Below are positions 19,205 through 30,086 of a DNA stretch of 64,000 nt, one piece after another. The position numbers and the translations under genes are program-made. The DNA lies in contig CBDCWG010000012.1 in the NCBI GenBank assembly GCA_965223345.1, positions 2,976,001 through 3,040,000 of the forward strand, given 5' to 3'. The notes below the pieces were generated by a model. It made no database searches. It worked only from the letters and a program-made list of their open reading frames with translations, and was not told the origin of the DNA. Source of the DNA: Nitrospinales bacterium (GTDB lineage Bacteria; Nitrospinota; Nitrospinia; Nitrospinales; VA-1). Each line of letters opens with the position of its first letter. Position 1 is the first letter of the stretch.

Positions 19205-19910
19205 AGATTTTTTGGGGAGGGAGTCCGGGCGCTCACGGACACGCCCGGCCTCGATGGAACACACGCTGCTCAGTTTTTGGATGTTTCCGTTTCCATGTCT
19301 CCTTGCAGCAACTTTCCCGAGGGTTGCTTCTTTTCCGGCCTTTTCTCTCCCAGTTCCGCGGGAAAAACACAAAAACCTTTTTTAATAAATTTAATATAAA
19401 TTAGCGGGAATTATCTAGCATTTTCCCTGAAAATTGTAAATAGTTTGATCGGACTAAAGCAGCGTGAGTTCGGCATCCGGCGGTGTGTTTTGACGATCCG
19501 GGAAAACCAGTGTGTAAATTGTGAATTTCTAAATTCAGTGATTACAATCGCTCCTTCAACACTTCGCGGCTCTGCGAAAGCAGCGCGCACAGAGAATAAA
19601 TTTTGCAAAAAAAATTCGCATCCGCATTTTTTTCCGCGATCGCCAGGCCCACGCGCGCGCTCGAAAGACATCGCCCTGTCAAATTTTGCATGACGCGTTT
19701 TCAGGCTCGCAAGACAGCGGCGCGGGGTTTGATTTTTTTCGGATTAATCGCGGGACGCCGCGTGTGCCCGCCGCTTTCGGGATTTGCCGTTGACACTTTC
19801 CCGGCCTCTTTATATAGATAAGGCCTCCGTATGCATAAATCCGTTTGCCTTTTCCGGAAGCGCGAGCCCTTCCGGAGGGGAACCCCCACACAACTCAAAC
19901 TGGAAAAACG

Positions 19911-21419
19911 ATGAAGACACGGAATCACAGTTGGAACGGTTTTTCGACCGGCCGCGTTGCCGCCTGCGTGCTGTGCATGCTCACCCTCTTTCCGGCGCTG
20001 CTGTCGGCGGACACCCGTTCCGATTTGTTGCGGGCCAAGGAGGCCTATCAAAAGGGCGACTTCAAAACGACCCATTCCATTTTCAAAAACTTTGCGAACC
20101 GCGGCAACAAGAACGCCCAGTTCATTCTGGGGGAAATGTACGCGAAGGGGCTCGGCATCGAACCGGACCCCAAGCTGGCGCACAAATGGTACCGCATGGC
20201 GGCGGAGCAGAATTTTCACAAAGCCCAGTACCGCATGGGGGAGATGTACCGCCGCGGCTGGGGGGTTCCCAAGGACGACGGGCAGGCCGTCCAGTGGTAT
20301 CGCAAGGCCGCGCTACAGGGCCATGCCGAGGCGCAGTTCAACCTCGGCTATTTTTTCGAGCACGGCCGCGGCGTCTCGCGGGACAAGCAGGAAGCGGTGA
20401 AGTGGTACGCGCTGGCGGCCCGGCAGGGATTCACCTCCGCCCAGTTCAACCTGGCTCTGCTGTACGATGAGGGCGAAGGCGTAGCGAAAAACAAGGGCGA
20501 GGCTGCGAAATGGTACCGCAAGGCGGCGGCCAAGGGATACCCGCCGGCGCAATCGAACCTCGGCCTGCTGTACGAAATGGGACTGGGCGTCAAAAAGAAC
20601 AAGCAGGAAGCCTTCCGCCTGTATCAGCTCGCCGCGGAACAGGGTTACGCCTCCGCCCAGTTCAACCTCGGCCTGATGCACGACCGCGGACGCGGCATTC
20701 CCAAAAACAAGGAGCAGGCGGTGAAGTGGTACCGGCTGGCCGCCGAGCAGGGCTACGCTCCCGCTCAGTTCAACCTGGGCTGGATGTTCGATCAGGGACA
20801 GGGCGTGGAAAGAAACAAGAAGCAGGCCCTGCACTGGTACCGCAAGGCCGCCGAGCAGGGTCAGGCGGAAGCCCAGTTCAACCTGGGCCTGCTGAACGAT
20901 CTCGGGCGCGGGCTGCCCGTTGACAAAGGCAAAGCGGTGAAGTGGTATCAACTGGCGGCACAACAGGGACACCCGCAGGCGCAGTTGAACCTCGGCTTCA
21001 TGTACGGTAAAGGCAGCGGCGTTGCGCAAAACAAACAGAAAGCGCTGGAATGGTACCGGAAAGCCGCCGAACAGGGTTACGCCCCGGCTCAGTTGAACCT
21101 GGGGCTGGTCTACGATCAGGGCGACGGCGTTCCCGCCGACGCCAACCGGGCGTTCAAGTGGTATCGCCTCGCCGCCGAGCAGGGCCTGGCCGAAGCGCAG
21201 ATGAACCTGGGCTACCTGTTCGGAACCGGCCGGGGCGCGCCGCAGGATTATCTGAAGGCCCACCTCTGGTACAGCCTGGCCCTCTCCAAGCTGCAGCCGG
21301 GCGCCGACCGGGACCTTGCGGCCAACAACCGGGACATCGTCGCCGGGCTGCTGGACCCGGCGCAGATCGCCGAAGCGCAGAAGATGGCGGAACAATGGAA
21401 CACAAATAGAGGGGAATGA
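19911..21419 (+). CDS. Exported Sel1-like repeat protein (11 repeats)
   Basis: Repeated AQFNLGxxYxxGxGVxxDxxxAxxWYxxAAEQG; signal peptide. Confidence 0.95.
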   Translation: MKTRNHSWNGFSTGRVAACVLCMLTLFPALLSADTRSDLLRAKEAYQKGDFKTTHSIFKNFANRGNKNAQFILGEMYAKGLGIEPDPKLAHKWYRMAAEQNFHKAQYRMGEMYRRGWGVPKDDGQAVQWYRKAALQGHAEAQFNLGYFFEHGRGVSRDKQEAVKWYALAARQGFTSAQFNLALLYDEGEGVAKNKGEAAKWYRKAAAKGYPPAQSNLGLLYEMGLGVKKNKQEAFRLYQLAAEQGYASAQFNLGLMHDRGRGIPKNKEQAVKWYRLAAEQGYAPAQFNLGWMFDQGQGVERNKKQALHWYRKAAEQGQAEAQFNLGLLNDLGRGLPVDKGKAVKWYQLAAQQGHPQAQLNLGFMYGKGSGVAQNKQKALEWYRKAAEQGYAPAQLNLGLVYDQGDGVPADANRAFKWYRLAAEQGLAEAQMNLGYLFGTGRGAPQDYLKAHLWYSLALSKLQPGADRDLAANNRDIVAGLLDPAQIAEAQKMAEQWNTNRGE

Positions 21420-21719
21420 ACGTCAGCACCGCACGGCTCGGCATGAATATGCGAACTCGCGTCCAGCCCTCCTCCCCGGCTCGTTTATGCCCCCCGAATC
21501 GCCGCAAATGGGCGTTTTTTCAGGCTTTTTCCGCTCCCGCGCCAGGGAAAATTCCGGCAAAACCGAGATAACCCTTTGATTTTTTAAAGCTTATAATTTA
21601 TCCTGAATGGGAACCGATGGATTTGCTGCGCTTGTTGGGTGGGTTTGCCTGCCGGAACCCCTCGCGGCAAGGTGCGGCCCGTACCCGGATTTTCAGCCAC
21701 TCTTTTAGAGAAGGACAGG

Positions 21720-22124
21720 ATGAATACGATCAAAATACTGCTCATTGAGGATGACAAGGATGATGTGGAAATCGTGCAGGATCTGTTGCGATCTTCAAGT
21801 CTGCAAGTGGAACTGACGGTTGCGGATTCTTCCAAACTCGGAGTCGAAAAACTGGAAAACGGGGACTACCACTGTGTGCTGATCGATCACATGATTCCGG
21901 GCATGTCCGGCATGAACGTGATCATGAAACAGCAGGAGTCCGGCTACACACGGCCGTTTATCGTCCTGACCGGTTATGGAGACGACGATCAGAAGAAGGA
22001 AATGATCGCGCGCGGCGCGTTCGATTATCTTTGCAAGCGGGACTTGAACCTCAAGACGCTGGAAGAAAAAATCCACAAGGCTCTGGTCTGGAATTACAAG
22101 AAAGACTCCGTGCAGGCGAACTGA
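21720..22124 (+). CDS. Single-domain response regulator
   Basis: ILLIEDD, LIDHMIPGMSG, LTGYG, DYLCK. Confidence 0.9.
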   Translation: MNTIKILLIEDDKDDVEIVQDLLRSSSLQVELTVADSSKLGVEKLENGDYHCVLIDHMIPGMSGMNVIMKQQESGYTRPFIVLTGYGDDDQKKEMIARGAFDYLCKRDLNLKTLEEKIHKALVWNYKKDSVQAN

Positions 22125-22212
22125 CGCCCCTTCGCCGCATCCCTCCCTTTATTCTTTATCCCTTACAGCGATTGCTTGCCGTCTCAGCGGCTCTCAGCGC
22201 GGACCTGCGTTT

Positions 22213-22692
22213 TCAGTGATGCCCGCCGCCCTGGTCGTGGGAATGACCGTGCTCGATTTCTTCCTGGGTGGCTTCGCGGATCTTGAGAATTTCCACTGAA
22301 AAATGCAGCGATTCGCCGGCCAGCGGATGGTTGCCGTCGATTTTCACATCCTCGCCCTCTTCCTCGACGATCGTGAAGATGTGGTTGTTCTCTCCGAGCG
22401 TGGCTTCGAACTGGATGCCCGGCAGGATTTTCATGTCTTCGGGGAATTTGGACCGCGGCAGCTTCAATCGCAGGTCGGGAATCACGTCGCCGTAGCCTTC
22501 CTTGGGGGAGAGATCGATGTCTTTCTTGTCTCCGGCGGCCATACCCTCCAGCGCCTTTTCCAGGCCGGGCACGATCTGGTTGTGTCCGTGCAGATAGGAG
22601 AGCGGTTTTTCCGGATCGGCGCGATCCAGCTCTTTGCCCTCGGCGTTCTTCAATTGATAGCTCAGCGAAACGACGGTGTTTTTAGTGATCAT
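22213..22692 (-). CDS. slyD: FKBP-type peptidyl-prolyl isomerase SlyD
   Basis: PLSYLHGHNQIVPGLE, DGNHPLAG, IREATQEEIEHGH, His tail. Confidence 0.95.
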   Translation of the reverse strand: MITKNTVVSLSYQLKNAEGKELDRADPEKPLSYLHGHNQIVPGLEKALEGMAAGDKKDIDLSPKEGYGDVIPDLRLKLPRSKFPEDMKILPGIQFEATLGENNHIFTIVEEEGEDVKIDGNHPLAGESLHFSVEILKIREATQEEIEHGHSHDQGGGHH

Positions 22693-23008
22693 GTAAGGAC
22701 CCTTTCTCGATCGGTTATCCCGGATTGCGGGATGGATTGCCTTGCCGGGTGGGGATGTACTCCCGGAGCGTTTTCAGGCTGAAAAAGAGTGCAATCTCGG
22801 ACGGGTCAAGATCAAGGTTTGGGGAAAGGGAGGTGCGGGCTTTTCCCACCAACCGGCTGAATTTCCGGTACAAGCGGTTCTGCCTGTGTCTGAGTGCAGA
22901 GTTTTCCAGGACTGTCCCTGGATTCTGCCATGTTTGCACGGGTCCGTCAACCGGCCGCATGCCGAATCGACCGGGGTCCCGCTTGCGTGCCAATCGGCGG
23001 GGAACGCT

Positions 23009-23992
23009 TCAATGCGGGTTCTGTTTCGGTTTCCAGCTTTTCAGGCGCTTTTGCGATTCGGCCAGCTGTTCGGGGGTCATCTGCTTTTCCACGAACTTGC
23101 GGAACTTGACGGCCAGCTCGCGCTCCTCGCCTTCGCGGAACTTGCGCGCCGCCAGGCTGTACCAGACGTGCGCCGCGATGAAATCCTTGTCCACCCCCAG
23201 GCCCTCGAGGTATTTCGATCCCAGGTTGAACTGCGCCGGGGCGAGGTTCTGTTCGGCCGCCTTCTGGTACCATTTGGCGGCCTGCTCCAGGTTTTCCGGC
23301 ACGCCTTTTCCGGTTTCGTACATGACGCCCAGTTTGTGCTGGGCGGCGGCGTGATTCTGCTTTGCGGCCTGTTCGTACAGCTCGAAGGCTTTTTCCGGGC
23401 TGGTTTCCACGCCGGAGCCCTTGTCGTACATCACACCCAGGTTGTGCTGCGCGGCGGCGAGGTTCTGTTCGGCCGCCTTCCGATACCAGTGCACGGCTTT
23501 CTCGTTGTCCTCGGGAAGGCCCAGCCCCTTGTCGTACATGACGCCGAGGTTGTGCTGCGCGGGCGCGATCCCCTGGGCGGCGGCCTTCTGATACCACTGC
23601 ACCGCCTTGCGGTAATCCTGCGAGACCCCGAAGCCCTTGTCGTAGAAAACGGCGATGTTGTGCTGCGCGGCGGCCATGCCCTGGGAGGCGGCTTTGTGAT
23701 ACCACTGCGCGGCTTTCTTGAAATCCTGCGGCACGCCTTCGCCGCGTTCATACAGGATGGCGAGATCGTACTGGGCGACCGGGAACCCCCGTTCGGCCAG
23801 CTTCCTGAATATGGCCGCGGCGGTTTTGTGGTCCCCCTTGCCGTGGGCCATGAGTCCTTTTTCGTATTCTTCCCTGGAATCCTGCTTCGGATCGGCAAAC
23901 GCGCAGGCCCCGGCCCCGAGGAAAAAGATTCCCAGTGTGAGCGCGGCGAACCAGTGCCATCCGAGAGAGCGTTGCGCCTCCATGTTCATCAT
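23009..23992 (-). CDS. Exported Sel1-like repeat protein (6 repeats)
   Basis: AQHNLGVMYDKGxG..WYxKAA repeats; signal peptide. Confidence 0.93.
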   Translation of the reverse strand: MMNMEAQRSLGWHWFAALTLGIFFLGAGACAFADPKQDSREEYEKGLMAHGKGDHKTAAAIFRKLAERGFPVAQYDLAILYERGEGVPQDFKKAAQWYHKAASQGMAAAQHNIAVFYDKGFGVSQDYRKAVQWYQKAAAQGIAPAQHNLGVMYDKGLGLPEDNEKAVHWYRKAAEQNLAAAQHNLGVMYDKGSGVETSPEKAFELYEQAAKQNHAAAQHKLGVMYETGKGVPENLEQAAKWYQKAAEQNLAPAQFNLGSKYLEGLGVDKDFIAAHVWYSLAARKFREGEERELAVKFRKFVEKQMTPEQLAESQKRLKSWKPKQNPH

Positions 23993-24142
23993 CGGTCCTC
24001 ACCGTTCGGTCGATTAGTGCGAAAGCAAATCCCCATCGGGGGCTGCCGTTTTCCGGGATGCGGTCAATCTATCCCGTCTCGCCGCTATTTTCAAAGAAAA
24101 AGGCGACGGCGACGGCAAAATCCGCACACGGCGGCAGCCATG

Positions 24143-25771
24143 TCATTCCATGCCGATGACTTTTCCTTCCTGAAGGTCGATTTGTTCCGCCCGGGGAACT
24201 TTCGGCAGGCCCGGCATGCGCAGGATGTCGCCGGTCAGGGGGATGAGGAACCCGGCTCCGGCGGCGATGAGGATCTCGCGCACGGTGACGGAAAAATTTT
24301 CCGGCCGGCCCCATTTTTTGGGGTCGTCGGTCAGAGAGGCTGGGGTCTTGGCGATGCAGACCGGCAGGTTTTCGTAGCCGAGTTTGTGGATGGAGGCCAG
24401 GTCGCGTTCGGCTTTTTTACCATACTTGACCTTTTCGGCGCCGTACATGCCGTTCGCCACTTTCCAGATTTTCGTCTTCACGTCTTCATTCCAGTCGTAC
24501 AGGGGACAGAAGGGGCTGGATTTTTTCTCGGCGTGCCGCATGACCTGCCGGGCCAACTCCACACCGCCCTGCCCCCCTTCTTCGAACACCCGGCTCACCG
24601 CGAACGGGACTTTCAAATTGTGTTCGCAATGGTCGCGCACCACCGCGATCTCGTCCTCCGCATCGCCGGTGAAATGATTCAGGCAGACCACAGGCGGTTC
24701 GCAGAATTTCTGGATGTTGCCCACGTGCTGATCCAGATTGGCGAGTCCGCGCCGCACCGCCTCCGCATCCGGCGCATTCAGTTGATCCTTGTCCACGCCG
24801 CCGTGCAGCTTGAGCGCCCGGCAGGTGGCGACCAGCACCACCGCCGCCGTGTCGAGCCCGGCGCCGCGGCATTTGATGTCGTAGAATTTTTCCGCGCCCA
24901 GATCGAACCCGAAGCCCGCTTCCGTCACCGCCCAGTCGGCGAGGGCCAGCGCCGTGCGGGTGGCCAGCACCGAGTTGCAGCCGTGCGCGATGTTGGCGAA
25001 GGGGCCGCCGTGGATCAATGCCGGAACGCCTTCGTTGGTCTGCACAAGGTTGGGCAGCAGCGCGTCTTTCAGCAGCACGGCCATCGCACCGACCGCGTTG
25101 ACTTCATCGGCGGTGACCGGATCGCCCTCGACGGTGAAGGCCACGAGGATTTTCTTCAGCCGCGCCTTGAGGTCCTCGTATCCGTTAGCGAGACAGAGGA
25201 TGGCCATGATTTCGGAAGCGGCGGTGATGTCGAACCCGGTCTCGCGCGGCACTCCCTGCAGCACGCCTCCCAGTCCGCTGACGATGTTGCGCAGCGAACG
25301 GTCGTTCATGTCCACCACCCGCCGCCAGGTGATGCGGCGCGGATCGATATTGGACAGGCCCTTCTGATAGATGCGGTTGTCCAGCATGGCCGCGAGAAAA
25401 TTGTGGGCGGCGGTGACGGCGTGAAAATCGCCGTTGAAATGCAGGTTGATGTCCTCCAGGGGCAGGACCCGGCTTTTGCCGCCGCCGGTGGCGCCGCCTT
25501 TCATGCCGAGGCAGGGTCCCAGCGACGGTTCGCGCAGCGTCAGGCAGACGCTTTCTCCGAGCTGGCCGAGCGCCTGGCTGAGTCCGATGGAGGTGGTGGT
25601 TTTTCCTTCGCCCGCCGCGGTGGGGGTGATGGCCGAAACCAGAATGAGCTTTCCCTTCGAGGGGAAGCGTTCCAGGACTTCCAGCCGGACCTTGGCCTTG
25701 TGCGGGCCGTAAAGGATCAGGTCGTGTTCGCGGAGCCCCAGTTTTTCGGCGATCTCGATGACGGGCCGCAT
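24143..25771 (-). CDS. fhs: Formate--tetrahydrofolate ligase
   Basis: TPTAAGEGKTTT, LREPSLGP, HGGPFANIAHG, VTEAGFG, MPGLP. Confidence 0.98.
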   Translation of the reverse strand: MRPVIEIAEKLGLREHDLILYGPHKAKVRLEVLERFPSKGKLILVSAITPTAAGEGKTTTSIGLSQALGQLGESVCLTLREPSLGPCLGMKGGATGGGKSRVLPLEDINLHFNGDFHAVTAAHNFLAAMLDNRIYQKGLSNIDPRRITWRRVVDMNDRSLRNIVSGLGGVLQGVPRETGFDITAASEIMAILCLANGYEDLKARLKKILVAFTVEGDPVTADEVNAVGAMAVLLKDALLPNLVQTNEGVPALIHGGPFANIAHGCNSVLATRTALALADWAVTEAGFGFDLGAEKFYDIKCRGAGLDTAAVVLVATCRALKLHGGVDKDQLNAPDAEAVRRGLANLDQHVGNIQKFCEPPVVCLNHFTGDAEDEIAVVRDHCEHNLKVPFAVSRVFEEGGQGGVELARQVMRHAEKKSSPFCPLYDWNEDVKTKIWKVANGMYGAEKVKYGKKAERDLASIHKLGYENLPVCIAKTPASLTDDPKKWGRPENFSVTVREILIAAGAGFLIPLTGDILRMPGLPKVPRAEQIDLQEGKVIGME

Positions 25772-25843
25772 GACAACCGGAGTGAAGTTTCGGGACAGAA
25801 CGGAGCGCAGTTTACCACATTTTGCCGCCGGGAAGCGGAGCCG

Positions 25844-26614
25844 TCATTTGACGTTGTGGAGAATCCGGTTCTTCATGTATTCCACCAGCGTGGGGTAATA
25901 CCAGAGCCGGGCGGGCTGGCCGCTGGGGCGGATGATCCTCTGCCTTCCGGACACATCGCGCAGCGCCGATTTCATGAGGGGGATCGCCTTGGCCACCTGG
26001 TGATAGGGGTAGGTGTTGAAGTTGTCCTTGTCGCTCACGGTGATGGTCTCTTGATACAGCACGCCACCGGAGCCGTCGCCTTTTTCCATGCGCAGCACGG
26101 TCACGCCGCAGTTGGGGATGTCCTGCTGCGTGAGCGCCCAGTAACCACCGTGCGCGCCCTGGTACTTGGGCACGATCCCGACATGCGTGTGCAGGAAGGG
26201 GGCGCGGACGCAATTGAGCACGTCCTCATGCAGCGTGTCCACTTCCTCCACAACCACCGCATTCGGAGCCAGGCGCGTCAACAGCCGTTTGGTTTCCTCG
26301 CTGTTGAGGGTCTGCACGCGGACCAGCTTCTCTTTCGGGAAAGGAGCGTTGTCCAAACGATAGCGTTCTTTGATCTTTTCGATTTGCGGCCGGGAACGGC
26401 GGCTCAGATACTGGTTGTAGAGCATGAACGAAACCTGACCCATCACCTTGCTGGGGCCGAGGGTCTTCAGTCGGCGCAGCAGCAGCTGCGTTTTGGGGGG
26501 CTTCTTTTCCTTGATGACTTTCAGGATGTCGAAATCATTTTTCAGGCCGTGATACATGATGCGGGACGAATCCCGCCCCTCCACCAACATCACGACCTTG
26601 ATCTTTGAAGGCAT
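25844..26614 (-). CDS. Formyltransferase-family protein with divergent active site
   Basis: HTHVGIVPKYQGAHGGYWAL..GVTV motif; AAGGAG RBS. Confidence 0.8.
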   Translation of the reverse strand: MPSKIKVVMLVEGRDSSRIMYHGLKNDFDILKVIKEKKPPKTQLLLRRLKTLGPSKVMGQVSFMLYNQYLSRRSRPQIEKIKERYRLDNAPFPKEKLVRVQTLNSEETKRLLTRLAPNAVVVEEVDTLHEDVLNCVRAPFLHTHVGIVPKYQGAHGGYWALTQQDIPNCGVTVLRMEKGDGSGGVLYQETITVSDKDNFNTYPYHQVAKAIPLMKSALRDVSGRQRIIRPSGQPARLWYYPTLVEYMKNRILHNVK

Positions 26615-27178
26615 CGTGAACTCCTTGTGAGAACCCGCGATCGTTCTTCCAAACAAAAATCACGATGGCCGCCGGCGCAACCGTTGTGCGTTGCGCAGGC
26701 TTTGTCCGGTTACCGTCACAAAAAAGATCGCTTCTCACATCCGGTGGTTGCCGTTGAACACCCCCATTCCATATCCAAAGAACAAGCCAGAAATGGCGTC
26801 GGCGCTTTCAAGAATTCACACAAAATTAATACATTTATTGATTAAATTTAAGCTATCACGATTTTTTTTATTTGCCACTTTTTTTCACCTTTTTGTTCTC
26901 CCTTTTCCTGCCTCTTTGAATTTATTTTCGTTTAAGAAAAAAGAATATTATTGAAACGTTTTTTTTCGCCCAAGCGTGAATTTTTGCAGTAAGCTGACCG
27001 GGATTTCGCAATCCTTTATTTTTCAACCCCTCTAGTTTGATCGAACGACACAACCCGTGCGCCATTGCGCGCCGCCGGGTTTGCGCGGGCTGCGTTTTGT
27101 GATCCAGGCCCGGTTTTGCAAACGCTTGATAAAAACGAATGAAGATTTCCGTCCACCCTCATACCCAGGTGATCGCAA

Positions 27179-27907
27179 ATGAAAAAAATCCTTGCCGGTG
27201 TTTTCTGTCTCTTTCTGGTTCCCGCCGCCCCCAGCCAGGCTGGCCTGTTCGAGGATCTGCTGGGCGGGTTGAAAAATTCACCCGTCATGAGCGGCGCTCC
27301 GGACCTTGAGACCACCATCGCCGGCCTGAAACAGGCGCTGTCCGTGGGCACGGAGAACGCCGTGGCCTATCTTTCCCGAAACAACGGTTACTTCAGCAAC
27401 GAGGCGGTGAAAATCCTGATGCCGGAGCAGATCCAGAACGTGGCGGAAACCATGAAAAAATTCGGGTTTCAACAGCAGGTGGAAAGCTTCGAGCTGAGCA
27501 TGAACCGGGCCGCCGAGAAAGCCGCGCCGCAGGCCAAGCGTTTTTTCCTCGATGCGATTCAGGAGATGACGTTCGACGATGCCAAGGGGATCCTGAACGG
27601 CGGCGACACCTCGGCGACGGAATACCTGAAAAGCAAAACCTCCGGCAAAATTTACGACGCCTTCAAACCGCTGGTGGAGTCCAGCCTCGATCAGGTGGGG
27701 GGGACCGCGGCCTACAACAACATGATGAAAACCTTCACCTCGCTGCCGTTCATGTCGGCGCAATCCCTGGATCTGAACCACTATGTGACCAACGAGGCGA
27801 TGGCCGGATTGTTCACGATGGTGGGCGAGGAGGAGAAAAAGATCCGCACCAATCCCGCTGCACGGGTGACGGATCTGTTGCAGAAGGTATTCGGAAATAA
27901 GGGCTGA
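27179..27907 (+). CDS. DUF4197-family exported protein
   Basis: GLKQALSVG, SMNRAAEKA, EEKKIRTNPAARVTDLLQKVFG. Confidence 0.92.
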   Translation: MKKILAGVFCLFLVPAAPSQAGLFEDLLGGLKNSPVMSGAPDLETTIAGLKQALSVGTENAVAYLSRNNGYFSNEAVKILMPEQIQNVAETMKKFGFQQQVESFELSMNRAAEKAAPQAKRFFLDAIQEMTFDDAKGILNGGDTSATEYLKSKTSGKIYDAFKPLVESSLDQVGGTAAYNNMMKTFTSLPFMSAQSLDLNHYVTNEAMAGLFTMVGEEEKKIRTNPAARVTDLLQKVFGNKG

Positions 27908-28045
27908 ACCCGCGTCCGGATTTCAGGCCGGAAATTCACTCAACTTGGGCTTGATTCTGCAAATGCGATCGGTGTACGGTGAAAAGATCCAGCGAAAATC
28001 TGCGTGGTTTCCAACCTCATCCGCAAAATTAAGGAGAAGTCTGTC

Positions 28046-28600
28046 ATGAATCTATTCGAAATGCTGCTCAACAACCAGGGCGGGGAAACCGTCAAACAAA
28101 TGGGAAAAGCCGTCGGCCTCGGTGAATCCGACACCAAAAACATTCTGGAGAAGGTGCTGCCCGCTGTCACGCGCGGGCTGAAAAACAACGCCCACAGCGA
28201 ATCCGGCCTCGAAAGCCTGATGAGCGCCCTGAACAAAGGTCAGCACCAGCGTTATCTGGAACAGCCGCAAACGCTCAATCAACCGGACAGCATCCTGGAC
28301 GGCAACGCCATCCTCGGACACATTTTCGGCAGCAAGGACGTGAGCCGCAACGTGGCGAGCCACGCCGCCAAGCAGACCGGACAGGATTCGGGCATCATCA
28401 AGAAGCTGCTTCCGATGGTGGCCGCCGCGGCGATGGGCGCGCTGAGCAAACAAACCAACGGCGGCACCTCCCCCAGCCCGTCCATGAGCAGCAGCAACAA
28501 CGACAACTCGCCGATGGGCCTTCTGGGATCGTTTCTCGATGCGGACAACGACGGCGATGTGATGGACGACATTCTGGGCATGGCCAAAAAATTCTTCTGA
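28046..28600 (+). CDS. DUF937-family protein
   Basis: GNAILGHIFGSKDVSRNVA; C-terminal LDADNDGDVMDD. Confidence 0.88.
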   Translation: MNLFEMLLNNQGGETVKQMGKAVGLGESDTKNILEKVLPAVTRGLKNNAHSESGLESLMSALNKGQHQRYLEQPQTLNQPDSILDGNAILGHIFGSKDVSRNVASHAAKQTGQDSGIIKKLLPMVAAAAMGALSKQTNGGTSPSPSMSSSNNDNSPMGLLGSFLDADNDGDVMDDILGMAKKFF

Positions 28601-28698
28601 TCTTTTTGACACGATGACATTCGCAATCCCGTTTCCGGGAAAGGTCTGCCTGCCCACCCGGCGGCGTTCACCCATTCATCGCAGGTAAGGAGTCCGAC

Positions 28699-28902
28699 AT
28701 GTCCATCGCACGCATCACTGAAATCAACGCCGCTTCGAGTAAAAGTTTCGACGACGCCATCCGCACCGGGATTCAAAGGGCCAACAAGACGCTGCGCAAC
28801 GTCAAGGGCGCCTGGATCAAGGAGCAGAAGGTGGTGGTCAAGGAAGGCGCGGTCACGGAATACCGGGTCAACATGAAGGTGAGTTTCGTACTGGATGACT
28901 GA
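28699..28902 (+). CDS. Dodecin-family protein
   Basis: SFDDAI..RANKTLRNV..AWIKEQ..EYRVNMKVSF. Confidence 0.92.
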   Translation: MSIARITEINAASSKSFDDAIRTGIQRANKTLRNVKGAWIKEQKVVVKEGAVTEYRVNMKVSFVLDD

Positions 28903-28941
28903 TTCCCATCAACCGATTGCACTAAACAGAGAGGCATTGCT

Positions 28942-29370
28942 ATGGGATTGTTCGATTTTGTCAAAAACATCGGCCGCAAAATCTTCAATAAGGACGACGA
29001 AGCGGCGGAAAAAATAAAAGAACATATCGAAGAAGAAAATCCGGGGGTCAAGGACCTCGAGGTGCAATATGAAGACGGCTCGGTGAAGCTGACCGGAAAG
29101 AGCGACTCCGCCGAGGCGGCGGAGAAGGCGATTCTGATGGCGGGCAACATCAAAGGCGTGGAAAACATCGTCAACAAAATCGACGCGCCGGAGCAATCGG
29201 AAAAAGTGCTTTTTTACGTGATCGAGAAGGGAGACACGCTTTCCAAACTGGCGAAAAAATACTACGGCGACGCCATGAGCTACCCCAAAATCTTCAAGGC
29301 GAATACCGAAGTGATCAAAGATCCGGACAAGATTTTTGTGGGGCAGAAGATCCGCATCCCCATGAACTGA
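28942..29370 (+). CDS. BON-LysM protein (Kbp/YgaU-like)
   Basis: MGLFDFVKNIG N-terminus, BON domain, LysM KGDTLSKLAK..DPDKIFVGQ. Confidence 0.92.
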   Translation: MGLFDFVKNIGRKIFNKDDEAAEKIKEHIEEENPGVKDLEVQYEDGSVKLTGKSDSAEAAEKAILMAGNIKGVENIVNKIDAPEQSEKVLFYVIEKGDTLSKLAKKYYGDAMSYPKIFKANTEVIKDPDKIFVGQKIRIPMN

Positions 29371-29389
29371 ACCGCTTCCCACTCGATAC

Positions 29390-29415
29390 GGGGCTCCGCC
29401 CGGAGCCCCTTTTTT
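29390..29415 (+). terminator. Rho-independent terminator
   Basis: GGGGCTCC(G)/(C)GGAGCCCC stem followed by a T run. Confidence 0.75.
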
Positions 29416-29419
29416 CCCC

Positions 29420-29968
29420 ATGCCCACCGTTTTCACACACGTCGTCGCCGCCGGAGCCGCCACGCAACTGTTTGCCCCCCGGGAACTCCGCAACCGGGTT
29501 CTGTTTTTCTCGGTTCTCGCATCGATCCTGCCCGACATCGATGTTCTGGGATTTTATTTCGGTATCCGCTACGAGGACACGCTGGGGCACCGGGGGTTTT
29601 TCCACTCGTTTGCGTTCGCGCTGCTGCTCGCCGTGTTCATCGTCAGCACCTTTTTCAGGCGTTTTTCGGTTTTTTCCCGGACCTGGATACTGTGGGTGCT
29701 GTATTTTTTCTGCGTCACCGCGTCGCACGGGATTCTTGATGGTTTTACGAACGGCGGTCTGGGAATCGCGTATTTTTCTCCGTTCGACGACACCCGGTAT
29801 TTTCTGCCCTGGCGGCCGATCCTGGTTTCCCCGATCGGGGTGACGGGTTTCCTGACGGCATACGGGGCCAAGGTGCTGCTCGCGGAGATCCTCGTGGTGT
29901 GGGTTCCCATCGGCATCGTGCTTTTTTGCGTCCGGCAAGCCCGCAAGGCCCCGAATCCGAAACGCTGA
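29420..29968 (+). CDS. YdjM-like membrane metal-dependent hydrolase
   Basis: TH, LPDID, HRGFFHS, SHGILD motifs. Confidence 0.9.
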   Translation: MPTVFTHVVAAGAATQLFAPRELRNRVLFFSVLASILPDIDVLGFYFGIRYEDTLGHRGFFHSFAFALLLAVFIVSTFFRRFSVFSRTWILWVLYFFCVTASHGILDGFTNGGLGIAYFSPFDDTRYFLPWRPILVSPIGVTGFLTAYGAKVLLAEILVVWVPIGIVLFCVRQARKAPNPKR

Positions 29969-30086
29969 CCCCCGCCCCCTCCCCCGCCACCTTGCACCGG
30001 GCGCTTCGATTTCAAGGTTTTGATATATCGCGGGTTAGCGGAAATCTCCCCCGGAAAGTCCTGAAATCCATTATAATCAACGAGTT

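Noticed and set aside
22742..26608. 1288-aa plus-strand ORF
   Set aside because: Antisense shadow of the Sel1, fhs and formyltransferase genes; no motifs; typical of high-GC codon bias.
27103..27122. Sigma54-like GGC..TTGC upstream of DUF4197 (similar case near 55163)
   Set aside because: GG-to-GC spacing is one base short of the strict requirement.
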